Under the pieces are notes generated by a model. That model searched no databases. It was not told where the DNA came from and was given only the letters and a program-made list of their open reading frames with translations. Below, in pieces: positions 14,162-25,471 of a DNA stretch of 64,000 nucleotides. The translations under genes and the position numbers were made by a program. The stretch covers positions 11,408,001 to 11,472,000 of the forward strand of contig OU015568.1 in assembly GCA_907165135.1 (NCBI GenBank). Reading direction: 5' to 3'. The stretch comes from Oikopleura dioica. Lineage: Eukaryota; Animalia; Chordata. Each line of letters opens with the position of its first letter. The first letter of the stretch is position 1.

Positions 14162-14391
14162 TTTAGATTTCTAACTTCTTAAAACCAATACAGACAAGAT
14201 ATTTGGACATCAATTTCTTTATTTTTTCTTTGCAAAAAGAAACTAAGTCAACAAAAAAACATTGAAAAATGTAAAAATAGCAGCAGAGCCACAGTACTTG
14301 TGGAGAAGGTTTAGTTTTCGGAGCAGGTTTTCTTTCGAGGCAGTTTGTTAGTAGTTTTGAAAAGTAAGATTACAGAATAACTGTTCGAAAT

Positions 14392-16221
14392 TCAGTAAAG
14401 CTTCTTTTCAAAGTGATAAAGACCATGAACTCCTCCTAGAAATACAGGCATCAGTAAGATTTGATGATAAAAATGATTTTACCTTCGCCACGTGCAGCCG
14501 CCGACCGTCTTTCAAATCTCAATTCACCACTGTAGAGAGCTTTGTGCATGTCACGAACGGATTTGATTCCCAAATCTTGTTTACCGTGCTTGACTCCCGC
14601 GATGAGATACGGAATGTAGTCGTAAATTGAGCCACGATCTTGCACTGCACCCGAGACACCTTGTGCAACTTTTATCTTATCCTAGAAGAGAAAGATAAAA
14701 AAAGTCACCTTAATTCAATTTCTTACCTTGTCCGAGAAGTATCGACTCTGGCTTGCCTTGTGTTTCATTGCATCCAGCGAGCCCATTCCTCGGTACTTCT
14801 TCAATCTAACTCCATCTTGATAGAAATATTCACCAGGCGATTCACTCGTCGCTGCTAGCAAAGATCCCATCATGACAGTTGACGCTCCTGAAATGCAAAA
14901 TTACATCTTGGCAAGGTTTATGTTTCTACCTAGGCTCAGAGCTTTCGTAACATGCCCAACATTCTTTATCCCACCATCGGCAATACACGGCACACCATAC
15001 TTCTTGGCAAGCTCACAAACTCTGTAGACAGCTGTTCCTTGTGGCCTGCCAACCGCGCAGACTTCTTGTGTGATGCAAATAGAGCCCGAGCCCATTCCAA
15101 TTCGTAAACAGTCAACACCGGCTTTGATCAAATTAAACGCTTGATTTTGAGTTACAACATTTCCCCCGATCACTAAAAACATTAAAATCATTGTCAAAAC
15201 GATCCCTCTACCTTGCAAGTGAGGATACTTGTCCTTGATGTATTTTACCATATCAATTTGGTAATGCGAGTTCCCCTGAGACGAATCAATGACGATGACG
15301 TCGACACCAGCGTCAACAAGGAGTCTTACTCGCTCTCTGTCTTCAAGTCTGGTGCTGATGGAAGCTCCAACAAGCAACTGCTTGCTGCTATCCTTTGATG
15401 CAAGTGGGTAGTCTCGATTCTTTCTGATGTCTGTTCGGGAGATCAATGCAACCAACTCATCCTAGATTTGATTTGAATAGAGCACGCTTTTGTTAATTTA
15501 CCTTGTCGTTCAACACGGGTAACTTTCCCTTCTTCGATTTCATCAAAATAACGTTCGCTTCGTTGAGCGTAACACTGGTCGGCGCAGTAACCAAATCACA
15601 CCGGGGAGTCATCACTTGCTCCAACTTCGTATCATGCTCATGCTCCTTCAAAAGTCGATATCTCGGCTCGTGACTAAGCCGAGCAGCTTAGAGTGCTTCT
15701 CGTTCGATTCTGTTATCGGTATGCCAGAGAAGCCATGTTTAGCTTTTGTCTCCAAAAGATCTCGAACAGTATCAGTAGGACGGAGAGTAACAGGGTTGTT
15801 GATAAAGCCCTGCTCGTATTTTTTGACGCGGCGGACATGTGAGGCTTGTTCCTCGGCGTTGTTGTTCGAGTGAATTATTCCAATGCCGCCTGTAAAAAAG
15901 GTTCAAAATCACCAAAATACAATAGAGTAAGTGAAACTACAGTGTGGAAGAGAACCGGGCCCATCAAAGCCATGGCAATGGCCATTTCCCACTCCGTAAC
16001 AGTATCCATCGGGCTAGAGACAAACGGAGTCTTCAAAGTAATCTTTTTGTCAAATTAGAGGTCAAATCAACATCATCAGCGGGGAAATTGATGAAGCCTG
16101 GGAGGAGAAGAAAATCATCATATGTCAAGCCAAAGTCTTTAAAAAGTTCCTCTGCGGATTTTCCATCTTGAGGAAGGTTCTGCTCCTTTGCGTAATCGAT
16201 CACGCTGTCGCCGGCCTCCAT
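14392..16221 (-). CDS. IMPDH: Inosine-5'-monophosphate dehydrogenase (one 1-nt frameshift at 16044-16048, likely assembly error)
   Basis: [14 protein letters not shown], (K)[20 protein letters not shown] pair, [44 protein letters not shown]. Confidence 0.98.
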
Positions 16222-17453
16222 TCTAGCGCTCGGATATAAATAAATGAAACTGTCAAGCAGTGGTCGCATCATTTTATTGGAAAAATGAACTGTTAAAAAG
16301 AAAAGAAATAATAATATAAATAGCCAGCACAAAACAAGGCAATGATAATAATAAAGTAGTGGAAGTTTTTTCAAGAAAAATTTTGAAATTTCAGCTTTCA
16401 AGAATTTTTTTCTCGAAAAAAATACAGTAGTTGTGGGCTTGGAGAGTCACTTGTTGAACAAAATTTATATAAAAAATATATAAATAAAGATAAAATGGTA
16501 GTAAGTGATTCGAAATCTCCTTGGAAAAATTGGAACAAGTTTTAGTTTTTTGGTTGCTTTGGTAATTGTTGAGGATTTGTGAGGATTTTGTATGGATCTT
16601 TTTTATCAGAGGTAAATGGGAGAGGCCTCTGTGATAGGACTTTTTGGTGAGTTTTTTTTTTGTTGAAGAGACGATTTTTTGATACACTTGAAGGTGATCG
16701 GACCGTTTAGTGAACATTTTTGTTTTTTTTTTGAATTTTTTGGGACACGGACAAACTTCAACGAGTACGTGAACTATTCAGAAAGAGAAACCGCTTTTTT
16801 GTTTTTTGACAGGTTTGGGTCCAAAAATGGGTTTACAAAAATGGGTAACTTTGATTTTAAAAGCCTAGTTTTTGTTTTAAATTATGAAGTACGATTGTTT
16901 TAGGAAAAAGGAATGTTCTTTCTCGAATATGAATCAAAGATTATTGAATCCGAGAATTTCAAAAGTTAGCCACTAGGGGCAGTGAAGACGTCAGCGTCGA
17001 CCCTGGGGCCTGGGCGTATCTGGTCGGTAGTTGTTTCAGGTGAATGGTTATTTATAAATGGGCAGAAAGGGAAATTAAACTGTAAAGAACAAAACAATGG
17101 GATGATACTTTTAAATAAAAAAAATGAAAATTTGAAGCAAAGGTTTTTTCAAAAGATTTTAGGCGGTGAAGCGGATATTTTTTTCTGCCGAAAAGGTTTA
17201 GTTTTTTATCGGACAAATAAGGTAATCGTGATTTTTGAGGATTCTTTTGGGGCGGTGAATATTCAAGAACTCTGGTTTTGGGAAAAATGAACAAGTTTAG
17301 AGAGCAAGTAATGCTTCTGAGATATTTTCCTTCTTAGTGGCGCTAATCTGCGGCTAGATTCTGCTTGATACTAATTTTTATGACAAAAATTTACGGAGAA
17401 CAGACTTTTCCCCTCTTAGTGTCCGAAATATTAGATTAGCCCTTTCCTTGCCG

Positions 17454-20400
17454 CTAGAAGGCTTCATAATCGTCGAAGACGCTGTCGCTGCGGCCGTTCT
17501 AAAAAAACCATAAAAGTAACTGCTTTTCGAAGGTATGGGCTTAAATTTTGATGATGGCAAATTAAGGATTTAATCGACTGGTAATTCTGCCACAGGGTGT
17601 GCTATTTAGCATAACCTTGCCACGCCGGATCGTAAGGTAACCGGAAGAATAGAAGCGTGAGGCTAACATGGCCGAAGCGTGCCGACACTTCCGTACAAAA
17701 CAAGATTTTAATTCGAAATCGAATATAATTATAACGAATAAAAATGAAAGGGTTTCATGAATGAGCTCTTGTAACACTCACCAACTTATGTGGATTGACG
17801 CTTGAGACAGAACTTCGTCGAAATGACGACAATGAAGACGTAAGAGACAGTCTCGCCGAGTTTTCCAAAGATGCTGGATTGCCAGACACACAAAGATGGG
17901 AAATGTATCGCGGGCTTTGAGAAGTTCTAAAAATCAATTGAAAAAAGCGCATCAATTTTCTAGTGTCATACGAGTTTCCATTTTCGGTGCCGTTGACATC
18001 ATCTTCGTTGAGCTCGTTGAGCTTGCCGCGATTTTTGCGCTCGAGCATGTTCATCAGGATGTCGCAAAGGTTGTAAAGGTCGGTTTGATTCTGACAGAGA
18101 GCGAATAGAGGAAGACGCGCGCTATCGTCGAAAACAAATGCATCAGCTCCTGCGTTCAGCAAGTCCCGAGAAAGCTCTTGTTGGAGAGTAAATCAATTGA
18201 AGAAATTGATTTCCTTACCTATTCTAGACTCAACTGCCATGTGGAGAGCAGTGGCTCCCCTGTAATTACGATGGTTAATCTGATCAGGAGTACATTTGCT
18301 CATGATCATCAGTGCTAGCTCGCGATTCTTGATTTTGATAGCTATTTGTAGCGGTGAATTTCCTTCGACGTTTTCGTTTTGGTCAAGCAGGACTCCTTCT
18401 TTGTCGATGTTCAAAATTTCTAAAACGGAGTTAAATCCTATTTTTACTTTCGCTGCTGTCAACATAATAAATTTGTCTTTTCAATCAATTTTACCTTTTG
18501 TGATATCGATGCAGCCATTTTTAATTGCAACTTGAAGGACGTTCAGTCCGTTTCTGTCGCACTCAGAAAGTTCCGACGTGAAGTTTCCCCCGACAAGTTT
18601 TGAAACCGCCAGCAGTTTGTTCATGGCACTCGTGTCGTTCCTATGAGCTGCTATGTGAAGAGCACCGCGTTCCTGAAAAATATAAAATAGGAAAGAAAGG
18701 GTGGTTCCTACGATCGAGTTTTTAGTTCGTAGCCACGTTTTGAGAGTTTTTTGAGGAAGGGAGAGACAGTATTTGTAGAGAATTGACAAAATCAACATGT
18801 TTCCACCGTTGATGGCTGCGAGGAAGGCTCTAGCATGGCATGGGTTCTTTAGGTCGATGCTCTCGGCTTTGATGAAGTCGATGATTTTTTGGAATGTCTA
18901 AAAAGAAATAATAAAAAAAGAGGGAAAAGAGTTTACCTTGACTCGGCCAAGGGCTGCAGTAAGAGTGAACGGAGTAAGTCCATTCGAATCGTGGACTTCG
19001 ATCGCATGAGGGCATGTTTCCAGCAGTTGACCGACAAGCTCAGAGAAGCCATTCTCTGCGGCTATGTGAAGAGGAGTCTTTCCAAACTTGTTTCTTTTGA
19101 CGAGCAGTTTTTCAATAGTCACCTATTTAAAATTTAATTTCCTTCATTTCATTTATCAATAATACTTGCCTCCGAAACGTTTCTGATTCTCAAGCAGAGG
19201 CTTTTGAAAACATCAACTGAGCCCCGAGCGGCGACAAAGTGGAAAATATTGTTCCTGTCATTGTCGACGTCTTCGATGGACGACTCGCCCGCCCAATCGA
19301 ACAAGTCTTCCATAAATCCTTCGCACATTCCGTTCCCAACTTTAAATTTAGTTTAATGCACAGTCCTGATACATTACAACAATTTTACCTGCATAATGAA
19401 TTGGTGTCCGGCCAAGATTGTCCTTGAAAACGAAAGATTGGCGAGAAGAAGTGGGAGCAGAACCGTAGACGATTGAGAGAATTTTTTGAAAGGCACTTGG
19501 GTGATTGTTTACAGCGGCCACGTGGAGTGCGTTTTTCCCTTCGAAACCTGGCTCGAACAATCGCTTGATGTTTTCGCCGATTGTTTCTTGGCTTTCCGAG
19601 GATGCTTCGTCGATTTTTTCAATCGCCTTGATGCAGCCACTCTTCGCAGCAGCGTACAACGCGCTCATCCCTTTTGAAGACTAATAAACTTGCTGAAAGA
19701 AGCCGAAGTTACCTTTGTTAGTAGAGTCGCGAGAAAGAATGAGGTCAGGATTATCTTGAAGAAGTTTTTCGACGACGGAGATGCATCTTTTAAGACAGGC
19801 AACAACTAATAGTGAAACATTTGAGACATCGTGGTCTTGCTCGTGAAGAATTTCTAGTGAAGAATTGTTGTTTGACGCCGCAGCGCAGTGAAGAGGTGTA
19901 AAGTTCTAAAAACACTCAATTTCGATCAGTTTAAGAAACGAAAGTCCTACGTTTTTGTCTCTGATTTCTACCGAAGCCCCATTCTGAAGGAAAATTTCGC
20001 ATATCTCTGCTGACTTCTGCTCGTATTGAAAGATGTTGTCTCTGGCCATATTCAACGCGCCGGGGTCAGAAGACTTTTGAACACGGAGAAAGTAATTGTT
20101 CGTTGCGGCATGATGAAGTGGCGTTTTTCCATCACTATCGCTTTGATTCACAAATGACTTTGGAAGTTGGGAAATCAGATTTGCAACCATTTTCACATTC
20201 TGACCCATGGCCGCGTAGTGCAGAACAGATTTTCTTGAAGAGTCGGTGCGCTCGATTTCTGGATCAATGTTTGATAGGATGTCCATGACTCCAAGGCGGC
20301 CTCCCATCGCGGTATAGTGCAAAATTGAACGGTTCTTCTTGTCGAGTTTTGGCGCGGCACCTTGAGAACTTGATTAGGTTTAGTCATTGTTTGATATCTT

Positions 20401-21856
20401 ACCAGCTTGCAGTAGAAAATTAATAACTTCTTTAGAGCTCATTTTAGCAGCAACATGAAAAGGAGTGACTCCCTCCTTATTCTCCTGGTTCGGCGAGGCT
20501 CGATGCTGGAGCAGTCGCTGAACCATCTCACAATCGTCCAATTCCGCGGCGTAATGGAGCGGCGTATTTCCCAAGTGATCAGCCATATTCACCGAATGCT
20601 GCTCCTTGTGATTGTCGAACTGTAAAAGTATTTCGACGTGATCGGTCGCCCTGTTCTGCACAGCGCAGTGAAGCGGAGTTCTGCCCCTAACATCAACGTT
20701 GCAGGTGCCGCCAACAGTCTGCAGAAACGCTTTCGTCGCCTCCACCATCGCCGGATTCTGTCGATTCGTGATCACCGAATAGTGCAACGGCGTTTTCAGA
20801 ACTTTGTTGGTGATGTCCGCCCTGGCGCCATATTTGAGCAAGATCTCGACGCACTCGGCGTGACCGTATTTTGCCGCGAGATGGAGAGCCGTTTCGCCGT
20901 TGTTATTTTGAAGATCGAGATTCGCATTCGAGTGGATAAGTTGCTCAACAACCAACTGGTAACCGTTTCGCGCTGAAAAATGCACCGCTGTGTTGGCAAG
21001 TGCATCTTTCGCGTTCACATCCGCGCCATGGTTTATTAACAGTTCCACAACATTACTTGAAGTCACAATAAAAATTGATGAAGAGGCAAAAAATAACCTG
21101 TGTCCTGCCGAGGCAGCCCAATGAAGCGCTCTTCTATCTTGACGGTCGCAGTTAGAGACATTGATGCCGTTTTCTATCAGAAACTCGGTGACTTGATCCT
21201 GTCCCTTCACTGCCGCGTGATGGAGAGCGCTTCTTCCGCATTTATCTTGTATGTTTACATTGCCAGTTTTGCACAAGAGTCGCTGGAGACAAGAAACAGC
21301 TCCGTGAGCTGCTGCAATGTGCCACGCTGTTTCCCAGTTTCTGTTTCGAATGGAACAATCCGCGCCGTTCTGAAGGAATTATTTAACCCTCTTGTAGATA
21401 AACAGCGTCGAGTTACCTCAATAAGGACATCCACAGCTTGTGATCTATCCGCAGCACAAGCTCTGTGTAAGGGCGTCAAACCAATATTATCTTTTACGTC
21501 GATTTGAGCACCGTATCGTATCAACGTGACACAAGTATTCTTCAAATTAGAGTTAGGATTTGACGCTAGCTGCTGTTTTACCTCATTTCCAATAAAGGCC
21601 GCGTAGTGAAGAGGTGTTTGCCGGTGATTGTCGTGCTTGGAAACGTTAATATTCGGATTTGTCTCCAAAATATGCTCCATTTTCTCAGTGTCGTCCTCCA
21701 GAATCGAACAGACTTTCGATCGGATATTTTTCGATTTTAACATTTATTTGTGTTTCGATTGATATCCGTAGCTAAAGGGTTTTCCCTCAGAAAGTTGGTA
21801 ATTTGCTGCTCCGGAGGGAGCGACATTGTGAATCGTCGCGACTGCCGACGTGTCAT
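17454..21856 (-). CDS. Long ankyrin-repeat protein, PP6 regulatory subunit ANKRD28/44/52 family; start may be 21743
   Basis: More than 20 ankyrin repeats; LTPLHRAC, GRSALHHAA, DRRALHWAASAGH; C-terminal LCQNQTDLYNLCDILMNML and SDSVFDDYEAF* resemble the ANKRD28/44 tail. Confidence 0.75.
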
Positions 21857-21953
21857 AACAATCTCTAAAAAATCATTTTCAAAGTCCAGTGTTTCACTAA
21901 AAATCGATCAACTCTGGCAGTACGAATAGAGATGCCAACTGATTTGCAGAAAT

Positions 21954-22794
21954 CTACCAAGGACACTTCGCTGAGCTTCCGAAAGCTTCGAAAACTTCGT
22001 TTTCTTCTTCGTATCGCGTTTTCTTCTTGTTTTTGCGCTTCATCGTTTTCTGCTCGTCTTTTGTCAAATCTTCATAATAACCACCTTCAAAATTAAATTC
22101 ATCTTGAAAATTCGATCAAAAATCTCACCTTCAGCGGCTCTGAAAAGAGCAAGAGAGCATCGAAACTCTCTCTGAAGTCGTTTTTCTTTTTCCTTCTTCT
22201 TTTCCTTTTCCGCCTTTGCCTTGTCTTTTCTGTGGTCTCTGATGGCTTCGATTGTCGGTAATTCTTCCTCGCTGTCGGATGGTTCGGGAGTTTTTGGCCC
22301 AACGCCTTCGATTTTCAGTTTTTTCAGTTCTGGCTCCATGTCGTCGTGTATTTTTGGCACTAAAAGAAAATTTGATATTTTCGAGCAGATCTTCTACCTT
22401 TATATTCTTCCACGTGATCTACTCGAACGGGCCTTCCACAAAGCTCCATTCCGTTGAAATTATCGACCGCTAGAATCGTACTTCGCTGATCTTCGTAGCA
22501 GATGAAAACGAAGCCCTTCGAAGCGCCAGTTTCTCGATCCCTGACAAGGTTAATGTTCGAAATTTCTCCATACTGCGAGAAAACGGCCAGCAAATCTCCT
22601 TCTGTTAGTTTGTAGCTCAAATTTCCAGCGTAGATCCACGCAGAATCTATTTTTTTCGCGGTGAAAAACTTATTTCCTAATTAATTTTCGGTACCTTTGT
22701 ATTGCATGTGCCAAGAATTTTCAGGTTTCGTTCCATGTCTAAGCTCTTTGTAATTTAGCTCATTTATCAGCCTGATCTTCGTTAAAATGTTCAT
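21954..22794 (-). CDS. RBMX2: RNA-binding motif protein X-linked 2 (Snu17/Ist3, RES complex)
   Basis: MNILTKIRLINELN...SWHMQYKDSAWIYAGNLSYKLTEGDLLAVFSQYGEI...DQRSTILAVDNFNG...VRVDHV. Confidence 0.95.
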
Positions 22795-23320
22795 TTTCGA
22801 TAATTCTCTAAAAACCGACCAGGAGAGACGAAAAATAATCGGCCAATCAGGAGGGCGCTCAACGAAAGTCAGCGTTCTTTCCGAAAACGTCTATCAGTTG
22901 AAAATCTGAATTTTTCACGAAAGTTCAACTTTTGAACTTCTGCTGAATAGTAAGGCTTTTTTCTAAAAAATAAAGTTACTAAAGTCTAGTACTGTAGCAG
23001 TGTTGACGTCTCTAACTCGCGAAATTTACAGGATGCGATAGATTGAATCAATATTTCGAAATTATAGCCTATGAAAGGAAGAGAGAGGACCTGTTAGATA
23101 ATCAAAATTTATGACCAGTGGAGATTTTCACTTCACAGCTGAGCTGGCTACCAAAGATGATCTTGTTTACAACAGATTCTGACGACTTGACGCTCAATAC
23201 TGGTAGCTTTTTGGCGAGTTTGTATCCCAATGGCCGCAATAAATAGATGTTTGGACCCTAAAAAATTGGCGCGAATTCGTGCGAATTGGTGCGGTGAATC
23301 CGCACCAATCTCTTCCCATG

Positions 23321-23721
23321 CAGGGATGGAAATATGACAGAATTTTCCGGGGGCACGGCACGGCACAACCAAAATACCCGTGTCGCGGCACGGTACGGCA
23401 CGGCACGGCACAAAATTTGATAATGGGGTGCCGCGGCACCACGGCACGGCACAGCACGAATTTGAAGCATATAACTTATTCAAGCCCCTTAAATTCAAAA
23501 ATCAAGGAACGGGGCTAAAACGGCCCGAATGGCCGTCAAACCCTTAAATTCAAAAATCAAGGAACGGGGCTGAAACGGCCCGAAGGGCCGTCAAACCCTT
23601 AAATTCAAAAATCAAGGAACGGGGCTGTGCCGCGGTGCCGCAACCAGATTTTATTCTCCGTGCCGTACCGTGCCGTGCCATGCCGCTGTGCCGTGCCGTG
23701 CCGCTCAGATTTCCATCCCTG
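23321..23721. mobile_element. hAT-superfamily MITE (401 bp)
   Basis: TIR CAGGGATGGAAAT...ATTTCCATCCCTG; 8-bp TSD TTCCCATG (23313-20 / 23722-29); GGCAC(G) subterminal repeats on the left and GTGCC on the right. Confidence 0.92.
23486..23626. repeat. 55-bp tandem repeat (about 2.6 copies) inside the hAT MITE
   Basis: CCCTTAAATTCAAAAATCAAGGAACGGGGCT... starts at 23486, 23541 and 23596. Confidence 0.95.
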
Positions 23722-24141
23722 TTCCCATGATATTTTTTTGTATTATTGAGCGCTTGGCTCTATCACGCTAAAAAGTGGTGCCCCAACTCATTTCGTGCGG
23801 ATAGTGGGACACGAATTCGCCAGTCAGGAGGGGACATGATTTCCCGGAAATCCCTATAATGAATCCTTATTTATGAATCATAAATTATGATCGATAGAAG
23901 GATTTTATAAAAAAAATAAATGAGTCAAATTAATATTTACGACTTTAGTCAGTGTGGAATTTCTTTTCCTTTTTTACTAGCTTTCGTGAAGACTTCTGAC
24001 ATTATCCTACATTTGATAGAATTCTAGTCATCAGAAAAAATTCTCATACTGAAACAAAAAGATCTATTTGCATCGGTTAATGAAGTCGTTGAACTGAAGT
24101 GAAAGTACACAGTAAAATTCAACTGAGAGGAGAAATTCCAG

Positions 24142-24926
24142 GGCTACTCCCGCATTTGAAATGCGGCATTTCCCAAAATCCCTTTTCTCAAATCCTGAAT
24201 TTCTCAAAATCCCGTATTTCTCAAATCGCTAAATCAGGATTCTGCCGATTCAGGATTTTGGGAAATGCGGGTTTTTTTCTTTTGAGTTAGTTTTCTTGCT
24301 TTCCCAAATTTTAATTGATTAATCATATAACTTTATTTTCTTGGCTTCTCCATAGTCAATCCTGGCTTCAACAACTTCGATCCTAGCTTTACAGAAGTCA
24401 ATTCTGGTGGCTCAAACGTCGATCCTGGCATCTCCACCGTCTATCCTAGCTTTTCAGATGTCAGTCCCGGCTTTTCAGTTCTCTCATATTTATTATTGTT
24501 GGAAAAGCCTTGATTGAAACTGATGACGCCGGGATCGACGTTGAAGAAGTCGGGATTGACGTCGAAGAACCCGGGATTGACATTGGAGAAGCCATGATTG
24601 AAGTCGGTTAAGCTAGGATTGACGATGTAGAAACCAGAATTGACGATGGAGGAGCCATGATTGATAGTATATCAATGATATTGAAGAAGACATGATTGAG
24701 GCCAGGATTGGGGTTGAAGAAGCCAGGATTGGCTTCTTCTTGGGCAAACGGGGACTAAGACAAACGGAGACCAATTTGAAATTTTAGCTGAATCTTTCAT
24801 TTCTCAAAATCCTGCTTTTCTCAATCCTTCATTTCCCAAAATCCTGAATCGGCAGGTTCCTGATTTGGCGATTTGAGAAATTCAGGATTTTGAGAAATCC
24901 AGGATTTGAGAAATGCGGGAGCAGTC
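24142..24926. mobile_element. Mutator/Foldback-like non-autonomous element (785 bp) with modular TIRs
   Basis: 9-bp TSD AAATTCCAG (24133-41 / 24927-35); termini GGCTACTCCCGCATTT...AAATGCGGGAGCAGTC (14/16 inverted match); about 130-bp TIRs built of ATTTCTCAAAATCC-like modules. Confidence 0.85.
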
Positions 24927-25081
24927 AAATTCCAGAGGTGATCTTTGAACTTTTCATTCATCCGAAGGGAAATATTAGTCGCCTCTGAGTATACCCTTTG
25001 GAGATTTATAAAACACGGAAGAAAGTGAATTCTCAGACATTCTCGTTTTCGACAATTTTTGAGCTTCATGGGGAGTAAATT

Positions 25082-25471
25082 ATGGTCAAGGACAGAGTTG
25101 AAAATGTCCGAATATTTGAACTCAACGTTATCGAAACAAATCACGCGACACGAGAAGGAACTCCAGCTAGAGAGAGGCGAAGGATCAACGACTGCGACAT
25201 CGTTGTACCAGAAGATCCAACAATAATAGATCTCAATAGAAATCTTTTCAGTTACGTTAAAACAATAAACGATCAGGAAGCTAATTTGAGAGTGCTCAGT
25301 CAAATATTCAAGAGCGATCAGTACTTTAAAGAAGGAGATCCCAATCGCAACCTCCAAATAAACATGGTTCAAAACATGTTCGACGGACTGCGCTATTCGG
25401 CTCCTCTTCTGAAAAATATTACATCACTGAGAGTTCCAGTTTCGGGCGAAAACCAAGAATTACGATGCTAG
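25082..25471 (+). CDS. Orphan 129-aa ORF
   Basis: Uninterrupted ORF with protein-like composition; no family recognised. Confidence 0.3.
   Translation: MVKDRVENVRIFELNVIETNHATREGTPARERRRINDCDIVVPEDPTIIDLNRNLFSYVKTINDQEANLRVLSQIFKSDQYFKEGDPNRNLQINMVQNMFDGLRYSAPLLKNITSLRVPVSGENQELRC

Noticed and set aside
23148-23518. C/R/A/V/P-rich ORFs on both strands
   Set aside because: By-products of the GGCAC subterminal repeats of the MITE
23486-23626. 55-bp and 78-bp repeats as CRISPR-like arrays
   Set aside because: Eukaryotic context, no unique spacers, no cas genes; they are tandem repeats within transposons
23267-23822. Older outer element around the hAT MITE (TGGCGCGAATTCGTG...CACGAATTCGCCA)
   Set aside because: Only about 13 bp of imperfect inverted match and no TSD
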